A stretch of DNA of 64,000 nt from Gemmatimonadota bacterium (GTDB taxonomy: Bacteria; Gemmatimonadota; Gemmatimonadetes; Gemmatimonadales; GWC2-71-9), in NCBI GenBank assembly GCA_041486305.1, contig JBGPLG010000013.1, positions 153 through 64,152 on the forward strand. The letters are read 5' to 3'. A model generated the notes under the pieces. It did not search any database. It had not been told where the DNA came from and saw nothing but the letters and a program-made list of their open reading frames with translations. The position numbers and the translations under genes are program-made. This document shows, one piece after another, positions 37,439-48,034 of the stretch. Each line of letters begins with the position of its first letter. Positions within the stretch are counted from its first letter, which is position 1.

Positions 37439-40129
37439 TCAGTCGCTCCGCAGGGCGGTGTTGGGATCCGCGCGAGTGGCGCGGAGCGCCGGCACCGCGC
37501 TCGCCACCAGCGCCACCGCCACCAGCAGCGCGCCGACCGCGCCGTAGGTGGCGGGATCCCGGGCCGATTGCTGGAACAGGAGCGGCTGGATCCACTTTGC
37601 GGCGAACAGCGCGAGGGCCAGACCCACCAGCACGCCTGCCACGGCGAACCGGACCCCCTGCCCCACCACCAGCCGCACCACGTCCCCTGACTGGGCGCCG
37701 AGGGCAACCCGCACGCCGAGCTCGTGCATCCGCTGCGCGACGTTGTAGGTGATCACGCCGTAGAGCCCGACGGCGGCGACCAGCAGCGCGAGGACCCCGA
37801 ACGCCACGAACATCGTCGCCCCGACCTTCCAGGAGCGGCGCTGCCGATCCACCAGCTCCCCCATTGAGCGCACCGTGACGTAGGTCTCCCCCGGCATGAT
37901 GGCCTGGAGCGCCTTGCGCACCGGCTCGACCTGGCTCGCCGCGTCGCCCCGCATCCGGAGCAGCACGGCGAAACCCTCCGCCGGATGGAATTGCTCCATC
38001 GGGAGGTAATAGTGAAACTTGCTGTCGTCGATGAGGCTGCGCTGGTTCGCGTCCTCGGCGATACCGATGACGGTGGTACACGGCATGGTATCTGCCCCGA
38101 CCCGCATGCACTGGCCCAGGGCGTCCTTGCCGGGCCAGAGTGCCTTGGCCATGGCCTCACTGACGACGGCCACTCGCGGCGCGCCGGCCCGGTCTTCGGC
38201 GGTGAACGGCCGGCCGCGAAGGATGCGGGTCCCGAAGGTCAGGAAGTAGTCGGGCGTCGAGGTCTGGTAGGTGAAACGCCCGAGCTTTCGAACCGAATCG
38301 ATTCCCGCAACATGGAGGTTGGTGCCCGACGTGCTGTAGAAGGGGACCGCGCTTATCCAGGCGGCGTGCTCCACGCCGGGAATCGCCTGCGCGGCTTCCA
38401 GCATCCGGCGACCGAGGACAGCCTGCTCGCTGTCCCCCATCACCATCCCCCGAAGGTTGCGCTCGGCCAGGAGCACCGGTTCGGCGTCATAGCCCAGGGG
38501 CATGGTGCGCACATGCTCCAGGCTTCGAACGAAGAGCCCGGCGCCGATCAGGAGGATGACCGAGAGGGCGCCCTGGAGGACCAGGAGGCCGGCCCGGATC
38601 CGGGACCGGTGGTAGGTGCCTTCGCGCGCGCCCGCCTTGAGGCTGGTCGTGAGGTCTCCGCGAGTCGCCAGCAGTGCGGGGCCGATCCCGGTCACCACTC
38701 CGGCCACCGTCGCGACCACTGCGGCGACGGCCAGAGTGCGCCAGTCGGTGAGGATCTCCAGGCTGGAGCCGTCCCGGAGGAACAGCCGCCGCAGCGCGGC
38801 GCCGCCCCATTGGGCGATCGCGATGCCGGCCACGCCGCCGAGCCCCGCGAGCAGCAGGCTCTCGATGAGGCCCTGCGCCAGGAGACGCCGGCGGCTCACG
38901 CCGAGCGCCAGGCGCACCGCGGTTTCACGCCGACGGCGCAGCATCCGCGCAAACATCAGATTGGCCACGTTGGCGCAGGCGATCAGCAGCACGATTCCCG
39001 CCACGCCGGTCACCCAGAGCAGGGTCTTCGACTCGAGCCCGGCATTGGGTCCTGCTGCCTCCTTCAGCGGCCCGGCGATCGCGCGGGGCCTGGCCAGCGC
39101 AGCGGGCGTCCCGCTCGGCTCGATGTCCAGCTCCGCGTTCCAGCTCCTGGCGTGTGCGTTGCTCAAGTCGAGGGAGGCGGCCGCAACGCTCACGCCCGGC
39201 TTCCGGCGCACCATCACGCTCATCCAGCCCCAGTTGTAGCGGGTGAAGTAGGTCGTCGCCTGTCTATGGTTGGGCTCATTGCCGGCGAAGGTGGTGATCG
39301 GCATGAAGAGCGCAGGCGGCTCGGCATCGGCCACCCCGATGAAACCCTTTGGGGCAACCCCGATGACGATACAGGGAACGTTCCGAACCTGGAGGACCTG
39401 CCCCAGCACGTTGCGGCCGCCGAATTCGCTCATCCAGAACCGGTAGCCGAGTACGGCGACGGGAGCGCCCCGCGGCGTACTGTCCTCCGCGGCGACGAAG
39501 AACCGGCCCAGCGCCGGCCGCAGGTCGAAGAAATCGAAAAACGAGGTGTTGACCACGGCAACCGGGCGCTCCCGGGCCGCATCGCCCACTCCAACCGCGA
39601 GGGAGCGCTGGGCGAAGCCGGCGAATTGGGAGAACGAGCTGGTCCACCGCTTCATGTCGAGATAGCGGGCGTACTCGAACCCGGAGCTGATTTCGGTCCG
39701 CCCGCGGGTCTCGTTGATCAGGTAAATCCGGTGGACTCGACCCGGATCCCGAAGAAACGGAAACGGCCGGAACATCAGCCGGTCGATCACGCCGAACATG
39801 GCCGCGTTGGCGCCGATCCCCAGGCCCAGCGTCAGGACGACCGTGGCAGTGAAGCCGGGGGACCGCCGCAGCCCGCGCAGCGCGTAGCGGAGATCCTTCT
39901 GGAAATGATCGAGCCAGGGCCACGACCAGCGGTCCCGGGCTTCCTCCCTGAGGCGGGTGGCGTTGCCCAGGCGGCGCCGGGCGGCATACGGCGCTTCGTC
40001 GGCGCGAGCGCCTTCGGCCCGGGCATCGCGCTCGAGCTGCTCCCGGTGGAACCGGAGCTCGTCGGTCAGCTCCCGGTCGAGCCGGTCCCGGCGGAACCAG
40101 TCGCGAAGCCGCGCCAGCCATTCACGCAT
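37439..40129 (-). CDS. ADOP-like duplicated MacB/FtsX ABC permease with an N-terminal prefix domain (896 aa)
   Basis: DRELTDELRFH prefix, DLRYALRGLRRSPGF, LLIACANVANL, ELGVRVALGA, DPNTALRSD. Confidence 0.9.
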   Translation of the reverse strand: MREWLARLRDWFRRDRLDRELTDELRFHREQLERDARAEGARADEAPYAARRRLGNATRLREEARDRWSWPWLDHFQKDLRYALRGLRRSPGFTATVVLTLGLGIGANAAMFGVIDRLMFRPFPFLRDPGRVHRIYLINETRGRTEISSGFEYARYLDMKRWTSSFSQFAGFAQRSLAVGVGDAARERPVAVVNTSFFDFFDLRPALGRFFVAAEDSTPRGAPVAVLGYRFWMSEFGGRNVLGQVLQVRNVPCIVIGVAPKGFIGVADAEPPALFMPITTFAGNEPNHRQATTYFTRYNWGWMSVMVRRKPGVSVAAASLDLSNAHARSWNAELDIEPSGTPAALARPRAIAGPLKEAAGPNAGLESKTLLWVTGVAGIVLLIACANVANLMFARMLRRRRETAVRLALGVSRRRLLAQGLIESLLLAGLGGVAGIAIAQWGGAALRRLFLRDGSSLEILTDWRTLAVAAVVATVAGVVTGIGPALLATRGDLTTSLKAGAREGTYHRSRIRAGLLVLQGALSVILLIGAGLFVRSLEHVRTMPLGYDAEPVLLAERNLRGMVMGDSEQAVLGRRMLEAAQAIPGVEHAAWISAVPFYSTSGTNLHVAGIDSVRKLGRFTYQTSTPDYFLTFGTRILRGRPFTAEDRAGAPRVAVVSEAMAKALWPGKDALGQCMRVGADTMPCTTVIGIAEDANQRSLIDDSKFHYYLPMEQFHPAEGFAVLLRMRGDAASQVEPVRKALQAIMPGETYVTVRSMGELVDRQRRSWKVGATMFVAFGVLALLVAAVGLYGVITYNVAQRMHELGVRVALGAQSGDVVRLVVGQGVRFAVAGVLVGLALALFAAKWIQPLLFQQSARDPATYGAVGALLVAVALVASAVPALRATRADPNTALRSD

Positions 40130-40142
40130 GGACTGTCTCCCT

Positions 40143-42833
40143 TCAGTCGGACCGGAGGGCGGTGTTGGGATCGGCCCGGGTGGCGCGCAGCGCGGGCATG
40201 GAGCTCGCCACCAGGGCCACCGCCAGCAACAGCGCCCCGACGACACCATAGGTCACCGGGTCCCGGGCCGACTGCTGGAAGAGCAGCGGCTGGATCCAGC
40301 CAGCTACCAGCAGGGCCACTCCGAGCCCCAGGGCCACGCCCGCCATGGCGAAGGAAATCCCCTGCCCCACGACCAGCCGCACGACGTCCGTCGCCTGAGC
40401 GCCCAGTGCGATTCGTACGCCCAGCTCGTGCATCCGCTGCGCCACGTTGTAGGAGATCACGCCGTAGAGCCCCACCGCCGCCACCAGCAGGGCCAGCACG
40501 CCGAACGCCACGAACATCGTGGCGCCGATCTGCCATGACCTCCGCTCCCCGTCCACCAGCTCCTGCAGCGGCCGCACCGTGACATAGGTCTGTCCCGGCA
40601 TCACCCGCTGCAGCGCCCGGCGAACCGGTTCGACCTGGCTCGGTGGGTCTCCCTTCATGCGCACCAGCAGGAAGGAGCCGCCGGCCGGATGGTACTGTTC
40701 GATCGGGAGGTAGTAGCGGAGGCGCTGGTCGGTGAGCAGGCCGCGCTGGATCGCGTCCTCCGCGATGCCGATCACGGTGGTGCACGGCATCGTGTCGGCG
40801 CTGACCCGAATGCACTTGCCGAGGGCCTCCTGGCCCGGCCAGAGCACCCGCGCCATGGCCTGACTCACCACCACGACGCGGGGGGCGCCGGCGCGGTCTT
40901 CGGCCGTGAAGGGGCGCCCGCGCACGATTATGGTGCCCATCGCCTGGAAATAGTCGGGAGTCGAGGTTTGAAAGGTGAATCGCCCCAGGCGACGGACCGA
41001 ATCGATTCCGGCCACGAAGAGGTCGGTGCTCGAGGTACTCCAGAAGGGAACGCTGCTCACCCAGGCGGCATTTTCGACCCCGGGAATCGCCTCGGCCGCA
41101 TCCAGGAGACGCCGCCGGAGGAGCACCTGCCCGGCGCTGTCCATCTGGGTGCCCCGCAGATTGCGGTTCACGATCAGCACGGCGTCCGCGTCGTAGCCGA
41201 GCCGCATGCCGCGAACATGACTGAGGCTCCGGACGAAGAGCCCCGCACCGATCAGGAGGATCACCGACAGCGCACCCTGCAGGACCAGAAGCGCGGTGCG
41301 GGTGCCCGAGCGCCGGTAGGTCCCTTCCCGGGCGCCGGTCTTGAGGGTGCCGGCAAGGTCGCCGCGCACTGCGAGCAGGGCCGGGCCCACGGCCGTGAGC
41401 ACTCCGGCGGCGGAGGCCAGGGCCGCCGCGACCAGGAGGCTGCGCGAGTCGGTGACCACGTCGAGCGCGGTCCCGTCACGGATGAACAGCCGCCGGAGAG
41501 CGGCCCCGCCCCATTGCGCAATGGCCACTCCCACCACGCACCCGATACCCGCGAGCAGCAGGCTCTCGGTCAGCGACTGGGCGAACAGGCGGCCGCGGCT
41601 CACCCCAAGCGCCAGGCGGACCGCGTACTCCCGTTGCCGCTGGAGCACCCGGGCGTACATCAGGTTGGTGACGTTGGCGCAGGCGATCAGCAGGACGATC
41701 AGCGCGACCCCGGTTACCCAGAGCAGCGTCTTGGACTCGAGCCCCGGGTCGGGACCCGCGGCGGCCTTGACCGCTCCCGCGATCGCCGCCGGCCTCGCCA
41801 GCTCGGCCGGTGGCAGCTCCCGGTCCTCGATTCGTTCCACGTTCCAGCTCTTGAGGTGGGCCTGGCTCAGGTCGGCCGAGGCCGCCGCGTCACTCACGCC
41901 GGGTTTGCGCCGAACGATCGCGCCCATCCATCCCCAGTGATAGGTGGTGAAATAGGTGGTGGCGTCCTCCCGGCTATCCGCGTTCCCGGCATAGGTCGTG
42001 ATCGGGATGTACAGCGCCGGCGCCTCTCCCTCGGGAATCCCGATGAAGCCCTTGGGCGCCACGCCGATGATAGTACAGGGAATATTCCGGACCTGCAGCG
42101 TCTCCCCCAGCACGTTGCGGCCACCGAATTCCGATTGCCAGAAGGCGTATCCCAGAACGGCCACGGGCGCGCCCTTGGGCGTGACGTCTTCCGCGGGGAC
42201 GAAGAAACGGCCCAGCGCCGGCCGGGCATCGAAGAAATCGAAGAAGGACGCGCTCACCGAGAGGACCGGACGCTCGCGCGCCGCGTCCCCCGTGCCGATC
42301 GCCATGTTGCCTTCGGCGACGCCGGAATAGAGGTCGAAGGAGCTGGACCACTTCTTGAGATCCAGATACCGGGTGTACTCCATGCCCGAAGAGATCCGGG
42401 TCCGGTCACGGTCGGACGACTGGACATAGATCCGCCGGACCCGGCCTGGCTCGTGCAGGTAGGGATAGGGCCGGAACATCAGCCGGTCGACGACGCCGAA
42501 CATGGCGGCGTTGGCGCCGATGCCGAGCCCGAGGGTGAGCACCACCGTGGCGGTGAAGCCGGGCGATCGCCGCAGCCCCCGCAGCGCGTAGCGCAAGTCC
42601 TTCTGGAAGTGGTCGAGCCAGGGAACCGACCAGCGGTCCCGGGCTTCTTCCTTGAGGCGAGTCGCGTTGCCGAGTCGGCGGCGCGCCGCAAACGGCGCCT
42701 CGTCCTCGCGAGCACCTTCGCCCCGGGCATCGCGCTCGAGCTGTTCCCGGTGGAACCGCAGTTCGTCGGCCAGCTCCCGGTCGAGCCGGTCACGACGAAG
42801 CCAGTCGCGGAGCCGCGCCAGCCATTCGCGCAT
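40143..42833 (-). CDS. ADOP-like duplicated MacB/FtsX ABC permease, tandem paralog (896 aa)
   Basis: Same motifs and same length as 37439..40129; nearly identical N- and C-termini. Confidence 0.9.
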   Translation of the reverse strand: MREWLARLRDWLRRDRLDRELADELRFHREQLERDARGEGAREDEAPFAARRRLGNATRLKEEARDRWSVPWLDHFQKDLRYALRGLRRSPGFTATVVLTLGLGIGANAAMFGVVDRLMFRPYPYLHEPGRVRRIYVQSSDRDRTRISSGMEYTRYLDLKKWSSSFDLYSGVAEGNMAIGTGDAARERPVLSVSASFFDFFDARPALGRFFVPAEDVTPKGAPVAVLGYAFWQSEFGGRNVLGETLQVRNIPCTIIGVAPKGFIGIPEGEAPALYIPITTYAGNADSREDATTYFTTYHWGWMGAIVRRKPGVSDAAASADLSQAHLKSWNVERIEDRELPPAELARPAAIAGAVKAAAGPDPGLESKTLLWVTGVALIVLLIACANVTNLMYARVLQRQREYAVRLALGVSRGRLFAQSLTESLLLAGIGCVVGVAIAQWGGAALRRLFIRDGTALDVVTDSRSLLVAAALASAAGVLTAVGPALLAVRGDLAGTLKTGAREGTYRRSGTRTALLVLQGALSVILLIGAGLFVRSLSHVRGMRLGYDADAVLIVNRNLRGTQMDSAGQVLLRRRLLDAAEAIPGVENAAWVSSVPFWSTSSTDLFVAGIDSVRRLGRFTFQTSTPDYFQAMGTIIVRGRPFTAEDRAGAPRVVVVSQAMARVLWPGQEALGKCIRVSADTMPCTTVIGIAEDAIQRGLLTDQRLRYYLPIEQYHPAGGSFLLVRMKGDPPSQVEPVRRALQRVMPGQTYVTVRPLQELVDGERRSWQIGATMFVAFGVLALLVAAVGLYGVISYNVAQRMHELGVRIALGAQATDVVRLVVGQGISFAMAGVALGLGVALLVAGWIQPLLFQQSARDPVTYGVVGALLLAVALVASSMPALRATRADPNTALRSD

Positions 42834-42865
42834 GGTGACCTCGAGTGCTGGTGTGGTCCGCCGGA

Positions 42866-43201
42866 TCAGGCCGGCCGCATGACCCGGCGGATCGCCGCCA
42901 TCTGCTCGGCAAACCCCGCCTCCTGCGTCCCCAGCTCCCGGCGGCCGAGCGGGGTGATCGAGTAGTAGCGGGCCCGCTGGTTGTTGGGGGTCTGCTTCCA
43001 CTCGGACTTGATCCAGCCCTTCTGCCGCATCCGCTGCAGCGCGGGATACAGCGAGCCTTCTTCCACCTTGAGCATGTCCAGCGACAGTCGCCTGATGTGC
43101 TGGGCGATCCCGTACCCGTGCATGGACTGGGTGGTCAGGGTGCTCAAGACCAGCATGTCGAGGGTCCCGGGGAGCATGTCCCGCCTGGAGGATGGTGTCA
43201 T
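42866..43201 (-). CDS. PadR-family transcriptional regulator (ADOP-associated type)
   Basis: LPGTLDMLVL, MHGYGIAQHI, VEEGSLYPALQRM, RARYYSIT. Confidence 0.92.
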   Translation of the reverse strand: MTPSSRRDMLPGTLDMLVLSTLTTQSMHGYGIAQHIRRLSLDMLKVEEGSLYPALQRMRQKGWIKSEWKQTPNNQRARYYSITPLGRRELGTQEAGFAEQMAAIRRVMRPA

Positions 43202-43209
43202 GCCAAGAA

Positions 43210-43240
43210 CATAGCCTGTCTAGGGCCTAGACGCACTAGG
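43210..43240. promoter_or_regulatory. Two tandem imperfect 7-1-7 palindromes, PadR operator candidates
   Basis: CATAGCC-T-GTCTAGG (43210-24) and CCTAGAC-G-CACTAGG (43226-40). Confidence 0.55.
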
Positions 43241-43456
43241 GCCTCAAAAGGTTGCCTGGAGGCGGGGAACCGGCGGCCGGCGACCACGCGCAGGAAGCGT
43301 GACCGGCCTGCGGCGATGGGGGAGCCGGCCGAGGGAGCGCAAGGTTTCGCGCGGGACCCGTCCCCGCCGTGCGACAGTCCCGGGCCCGATCGCCCCGGCG
43401 GGCCCGACCCGGCGGCGGACCGGCGCCCCGGCGTGCAAGAAGCGTCAGTCCGAGGG

Positions 43457-43472
43457 TGGCATAGGTCCTGCA
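43457..43472 (+). promoter_or_regulatory. Sigma-54 promoter candidate
   Basis: TGGCATAGGTCCTGCA with correct GG/GC spacing; it would give only a very short leader to ATG 43489. Confidence 0.35.
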
Positions 43473-43488
43473 AACTCAAGCGGATCCG

Positions 43489-44127
43489 ATGCATACCGCC
43501 CTCACGCTCATTGCCCGGCTGCTGCCGGCCCTCGCCGGTGCGTCACCCGCCGTGCCCGACACCACGCCGGCGCCGGCGACCGCGAGCACGGCGTCCGCGG
43601 CGCCCCTGATCATGGCCTCCAGCATCGATTGGCTGGCACTCTCGGGTGAGCCTTCCCCGGCCGCGGATACGGCGCGGACCAGAAAGCGCACCCGCGCGGT
43701 CGAATACAGCGGGTTCTACCAGGCCCGCCTCAAGGTGCACCGGGTGCTCAGCTACTCGATGATCCCGCTGTTCATCGGCTCCTATGTCACCGGCGAACAG
43801 ATCCTCAAGCACCGGAACGATCCGCCGGAGTGGGCCACAAAGCTTCACAAGCCGTTCGCGATGGCCACCGGAGCGGTCTTCGCGGTGAACACGGTCACCG
43901 GCCTCTGGAATCTCTGGGACAGCCGGAAGAACTCCGTCGGACAGACCAAGCGCACCATTCACTCGCTCCTCTTCATCGCCGCCAGCGCCGGCTTCACCTA
44001 CGCCGGCACCAGCCTGGCCCACGACGCCAAGGACCGCGAGGACTGGAACCACTTCCACAAGACTGTGGCCATGGCGTCGATGGGCATTTCAGTGGTGAGC
44101 TGGGGGATGATGCTGTTTTTCAAATGA
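43489..44127 (+). CDS. Membrane protein with four TM His residues, possibly cytochrome b561-like
   Basis: Signal-like N-terminus; KVHR, KLHK, TIHS and HFHK each precede or enter a hydrophobic helix. Confidence 0.55.
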   Translation: MHTALTLIARLLPALAGASPAVPDTTPAPATASTASAAPLIMASSIDWLALSGEPSPAADTARTRKRTRAVEYSGFYQARLKVHRVLSYSMIPLFIGSYVTGEQILKHRNDPPEWATKLHKPFAMATGAVFAVNTVTGLWNLWDSRKNSVGQTKRTIHSLLFIAASAGFTYAGTSLAHDAKDREDWNHFHKTVAMASMGISVVSWGMMLFFK

Positions 44128-44168
44128 CGACGCGAGGACGCTCCGACGCTAGGTTGCCGGAAAACGCC

Positions 44169-46301
44169 CTACCACCGAAGTAGTTCTTCCATCGCCTTCC
44201 CGATGCCCTCGCTCTGGGGGAGAATCACGTCTTCCAGCTCCGGCGCGTAGGCCACGAACGTATCGGTAGCCGCGAGGCGCCGGACCGGCGCATCCAGCCA
44301 GGCGAACGTCTCATCCGCGATGCGCGCGGCGATCTCCGCGCCGTATCCCCAGGACAGCGAGTCCTCGTACACCACCAGCGCCCGGCTGGTTTTCCGGACC
44401 GAGGCGTGAATGGTCTCCCAATCCACCGGCGACAGGGAGCGGAGGTCGATGACCTCGATCGAGGCTCCGGTCCGCTCCTCCAGTTCCTTGGCGGCGACCA
44501 GCGACCGCTGCACGGTGGCCCCGTAGGTCACGACGGTCAGGTCGCTGCCTTCTCGCACCACCTTGGCCTTCCCGAACGGAATCATGAAGTTCGGGCCCGG
44601 GTTCGGCGCCTTGTTGTAGGTCTGGCGGTAGAGGTGCTTGTGCTCGAGGAAGATGACCGGATCCTCGCAGCGGATGGCGGTGCGGAGCAGGCCATTGGCG
44701 TCGAGCGCGGTGGCCGGGCAGATCACCCGGAGGCCCGGAACGCCGGTGAACACCGCCGCCCCGGTCTGGGAGTGATAGGGCGCGCCACCTTTTAGATACC
44801 CACCGTAGGTCACCCGGATCACCACCGGGGCCGCAAAGGCGTTGTTGGACCGCCAGCGCAGGATCGACAGCTCGTCGCGGATCTGCATGTAGGCGGGCCA
44901 GATGTAGTCGAAGAACTGGATTTCCACCACCGGCTTGAGACCCCGCGTTGCCAAGCCGATGGCCCGGCCCACGATATTGGCTTCCGCCAGCGGCGAGTTG
45001 TAGACCCGGGTGCTGCCGAACTGCTTCTGCAGTCCCCAAGTCACCTTGAAGACGCCGCCCTTGCCCTTCACCTGTCCGATGTGCTCCTCACGGCTCACAT
45101 CGGCCACGTCCTCGCCGAAGACCAGGATGCGCGGATCGCGCGTCATCTCGTCCTTCATGCAGACGTTGAGCAAGTCCACCATGGTGGTCGGCTCGCCGAC
45201 GAAATGCGGATCGTCCTCGGTGTCGAACTGCTCCGAGGCGGGATCGACGTCGGGGGAATAGACGAAGTGGTAGATCGTGCCGGGGGCCGGCTGGGGCGAG
45301 GCCAGCGCCGTCTCGGTGGCGATGGCGACCTCTTCCTCCACCGCCTGGCGGATCCGGTCGATCTCCCCCTCGGTGGCGACCCCCTCCGCCACCAGGTATT
45401 TCGGGAACTGGGTCACCGGATCGCGGGCCGCGTCGGCGTCGCGTTCCACGGTGGGCCGGTAGTGGGTCTCCTCGTCCGAGAGAGAGTGGCTGTAGGGCCG
45501 GATGACCTTGGCATGCACCAGGGCGGGACCCTTGCGGGCCCGGGCATAGTCGACCGCCTTGCTCAGGACGTCGAACGAGGCGAGCGGGTCGCAGCCATCC
45601 ACTTCCAGGATCAGAAGGCCCGGGAACCCGGCCACCAGCTTGGAGATCGAGCCGCCGGGAGTATTGACCTCGACCGGAACCGAGATGGCGTAGCCGTTGT
45701 CCTCGATCAGGTAGACGATCGGCAGCTTGAGATTGCAGGCGCTGCTGAGCGATTCCCAGAACTCGCCCTCGCTGGTGGTCCCGTCTCCCGCCGAGACGAA
45801 CACGACCTCGTCGCCCCGGATCCGTTCCGGGCGATCAGGGATCGATTCGTTCTGGGTGTAGCGGAGCCACGCCTCGGCCGCCCCCACCGCCTGGAGGAAC
45901 TGGGTGCCGGTGGGGCTGGAGGCGGAGACGATGTTGAGCTCTTTGTGCCCCCAGTGGGACGGCATCTGGCGGCCGCCCGAGTTGGGATCGTCGGCGGCGC
46001 CCACCGCGGAGAGCAGCTGCTCGGTGGCGGTCATGCCGAGGCCGAGGCAGAGGGCGCGATCGCGGTAGTAGGTGTAGAACCAGTCGTAGGCGGGACGGAA
46101 GACCTTGGAGGCGGCGACCAGCACCGCCTCGTGGCCGGCGCCGGAAATCTGGAAGAAGATCTTGTTCTGGCGCTTGAGCTGAATCTCCTTGTCGTCGAGG
46201 CGACGAGAGAGCAGCATGAGCCGGAACATCTCCAGCAGATCGGTCTTCTCCAGCCGTGCGCTTGGGCGGGTCCTGGTGGCCGGGGCCGGTCGTGTCGCCA
46301 T
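44169..46301 (-). CDS. 2-oxoacid dehydrogenase E1 component, fused alpha/beta subunits
   Basis: [24 protein letters not shown]...EDN TPP motif, [22 protein letters not shown]. Confidence 0.93.
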   Translation of the reverse strand: MATRPAPATRTRPSARLEKTDLLEMFRLMLLSRRLDDKEIQLKRQNKIFFQISGAGHEAVLVAASKVFRPAYDWFYTYYRDRALCLGLGMTATEQLLSAVGAADDPNSGGRQMPSHWGHKELNIVSASSPTGTQFLQAVGAAEAWLRYTQNESIPDRPERIRGDEVVFVSAGDGTTSEGEFWESLSSACNLKLPIVYLIEDNGYAISVPVEVNTPGGSISKLVAGFPGLLILEVDGCDPLASFDVLSKAVDYARARKGPALVHAKVIRPYSHSLSDEETHYRPTVERDADAARDPVTQFPKYLVAEGVATEGEIDRIRQAVEEEVAIATETALASPQPAPGTIYHFVYSPDVDPASEQFDTEDDPHFVGEPTTMVDLLNVCMKDEMTRDPRILVFGEDVADVSREEHIGQVKGKGGVFKVTWGLQKQFGSTRVYNSPLAEANIVGRAIGLATRGLKPVVEIQFFDYIWPAYMQIRDELSILRWRSNNAFAAPVVIRVTYGGYLKGGAPYHSQTGAAVFTGVPGLRVICPATALDANGLLRTAIRCEDPVIFLEHKHLYRQTYNKAPNPGPNFMIPFGKAKVVREGSDLTVVTYGATVQRSLVAAKELEERTGASIEVIDLRSLSPVDWETIHASVRKTSRALVVYEDSLSWGYGAEIAARIADETFAWLDAPVRRLAATDTFVAYAPELEDVILPQSEGIGKAMEELLRW

Positions 46302-46348
46302 GGGGAAAATTTAGCCGGACCCGGCGGCGGGCGCGAGCGGAGCCGGCC

Positions 46349-47995
46349 TTACTGCTCGAACACCACCTTGCCTCCGGCCACGGTCACCTTGACCTTGACC
46401 TGATCGATGCCGCCGGCCGGGATCCGGGTCAGGTCGCTCTCGAACACCACCAGGTCGGCCCGGTATCCGGCCCGCAGCATCCCTCGCACCTCTTCGGCGA
46501 AGACCCCGTATGCGTTGGCCGCCGTGTAGGCCCTGAGTGCGTCCTCCAGGGTGATCTTCTCCTCGGGGACCCAGCCTTCGGGATTCTTGCCGTCCAGGGT
46601 CTGGCGGGTGACGGCGGCCTGAATCCCCACCCGGGGGTCGAGCGGGGCGACGGTCCAGTCGGAGCCGAACACCAGCCGCGCCTTCGCCGCGAGCAGGGAC
46701 CGAAAGGCATACGTCGTCCGGATGAGATCGGGCCGGATCCGCTTGGCGGCCCAGCGGCCGTCGTCGGCCAGGTGGTAGGGCTGCATGGACGGGATCACGC
46801 CCAGCGCCGCAAACCGGGGAATGTCGGCGGCGCGGAGGTGCTGGGCATGCTCGATCCGGAACCTCCGATCCCGCGGGCCGTGGGCTCTCGCGACGCTGTC
46901 GTAGATATCGAGCAGCAGTGCGTTGGCGCGATCGCCGATGGCGTGGACCGCCACCTGCAGTCCCGCCGAGTCGGCGGCGCCGATCCAGCGGCGCAGGGAA
47001 TCCTCGGGCGTGACGAACAGTCCCCGCGTGTTCGGCTGGTCGCGATAGGGCTCGAACATCAGCGCGGTGGTGGAGCCCAGCGACCCGTCCACGAACCCCT
47101 TCACGCCCGCGACCCGGATCCAGTCGTCTCCCGGACCGCGCACCCGGAGCGTATCGGCCACCGAGCGCCAGTCGGCCAGAGGAAGGAAGTTCGCGACCCG
47201 GAGCGTAAGCGCTCCCCGCTCCCGGGCGCGGCGCAGGGCGGCGATGTCGTTCCATCCGGTGCTGACGCTGGCCACCGCGGTCACGCCGAGCGACGCGGCA
47301 TGGCGCATGGCCCGGGCCAGGGCGGAATCCAGTTGCGAGGGGGAAGACTCCGGGATCGCGGCGTACAGCGGGTTCATCGCCTCGTCCTTGAACACGCCGC
47401 TCAGCTCGCCATCCTTGCGCCGAACGATGGTGCCGCCGGGGATGTCCTTGGTGCCCCGGTCGAGCCGGGCCGCCGCCAGGGCCAGCGAATTGGCCAGCGC
47501 CATGTGCCCATCGAGCCGGTTGACGAACACCGGGTTGTTCGGCGTCACCGAGTCGATCCAGACCCGATCCGGAAGCGGCGCGCCGGGCCACTTCTCGTGA
47601 TCCCAGTCACCGCCGATGATCCAGTCTCCGGGTTTCTGGGTGGCCGCGAAGGCCTTGAGCCGCCGGGTGAACTCCTCCGGGGACGCGGCGTCGCGCAGGT
47701 CGACGCTGGCCAGCTGAAACCCGCCGGAGAAGAGATGCACGTGATCGTCCATGAATCCCGGCGTCACGAACCCACCGGGAATCGCGATCCTCCGGGTGGA
47801 GGAGCCCACGAACCGGGCGACCTCCGCGCTGTCGCCGACGGCGAGAATGGTGTCGCCCCGGGTCGCGACCGCGGCGGCCCAGGGATGGGCGCCGTCTCCG
47901 GTCCAGACCCGGCCGTAGACGACGAGGTCGGCGCTGGGGCCTCGGGAGCAGGAAACGACCAGACCAAGCAGGACGAGCGCGCGGAATCGAGGCAT
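46349..47995 (-). CDS. Amidohydrolase (YtcJ-like, amidohydro_3), lipoprotein
   Basis: PGFMDDHVH, RLDGHM, KGFVDGSLGS, HAIGD, RIEHAQ, GSDW. Confidence 0.9.
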   Translation of the reverse strand: MPRFRALVLLGLVVSCSRGPSADLVVYGRVWTGDGAHPWAAAVATRGDTILAVGDSAEVARFVGSSTRRIAIPGGFVTPGFMDDHVHLFSGGFQLASVDLRDAASPEEFTRRLKAFAATQKPGDWIIGGDWDHEKWPGAPLPDRVWIDSVTPNNPVFVNRLDGHMALANSLALAAARLDRGTKDIPGGTIVRRKDGELSGVFKDEAMNPLYAAIPESSPSQLDSALARAMRHAASLGVTAVASVSTGWNDIAALRRARERGALTLRVANFLPLADWRSVADTLRVRGPGDDWIRVAGVKGFVDGSLGSTTALMFEPYRDQPNTRGLFVTPEDSLRRWIGAADSAGLQVAVHAIGDRANALLLDIYDSVARAHGPRDRRFRIEHAQHLRAADIPRFAALGVIPSMQPYHLADDGRWAAKRIRPDLIRTTYAFRSLLAAKARLVFGSDWTVAPLDPRVGIQAAVTRQTLDGKNPEGWVPEEKITLEDALRAYTAANAYGVFAEEVRGMLRAGYRADLVVFESDLTRIPAGGIDQVKVKVTVAGGKVVFEQ

Positions 47996-48034
47996 GTGCC
48001 AAACGTAGCGCGAGCGGAGGGGGCCGGCCAGCGA

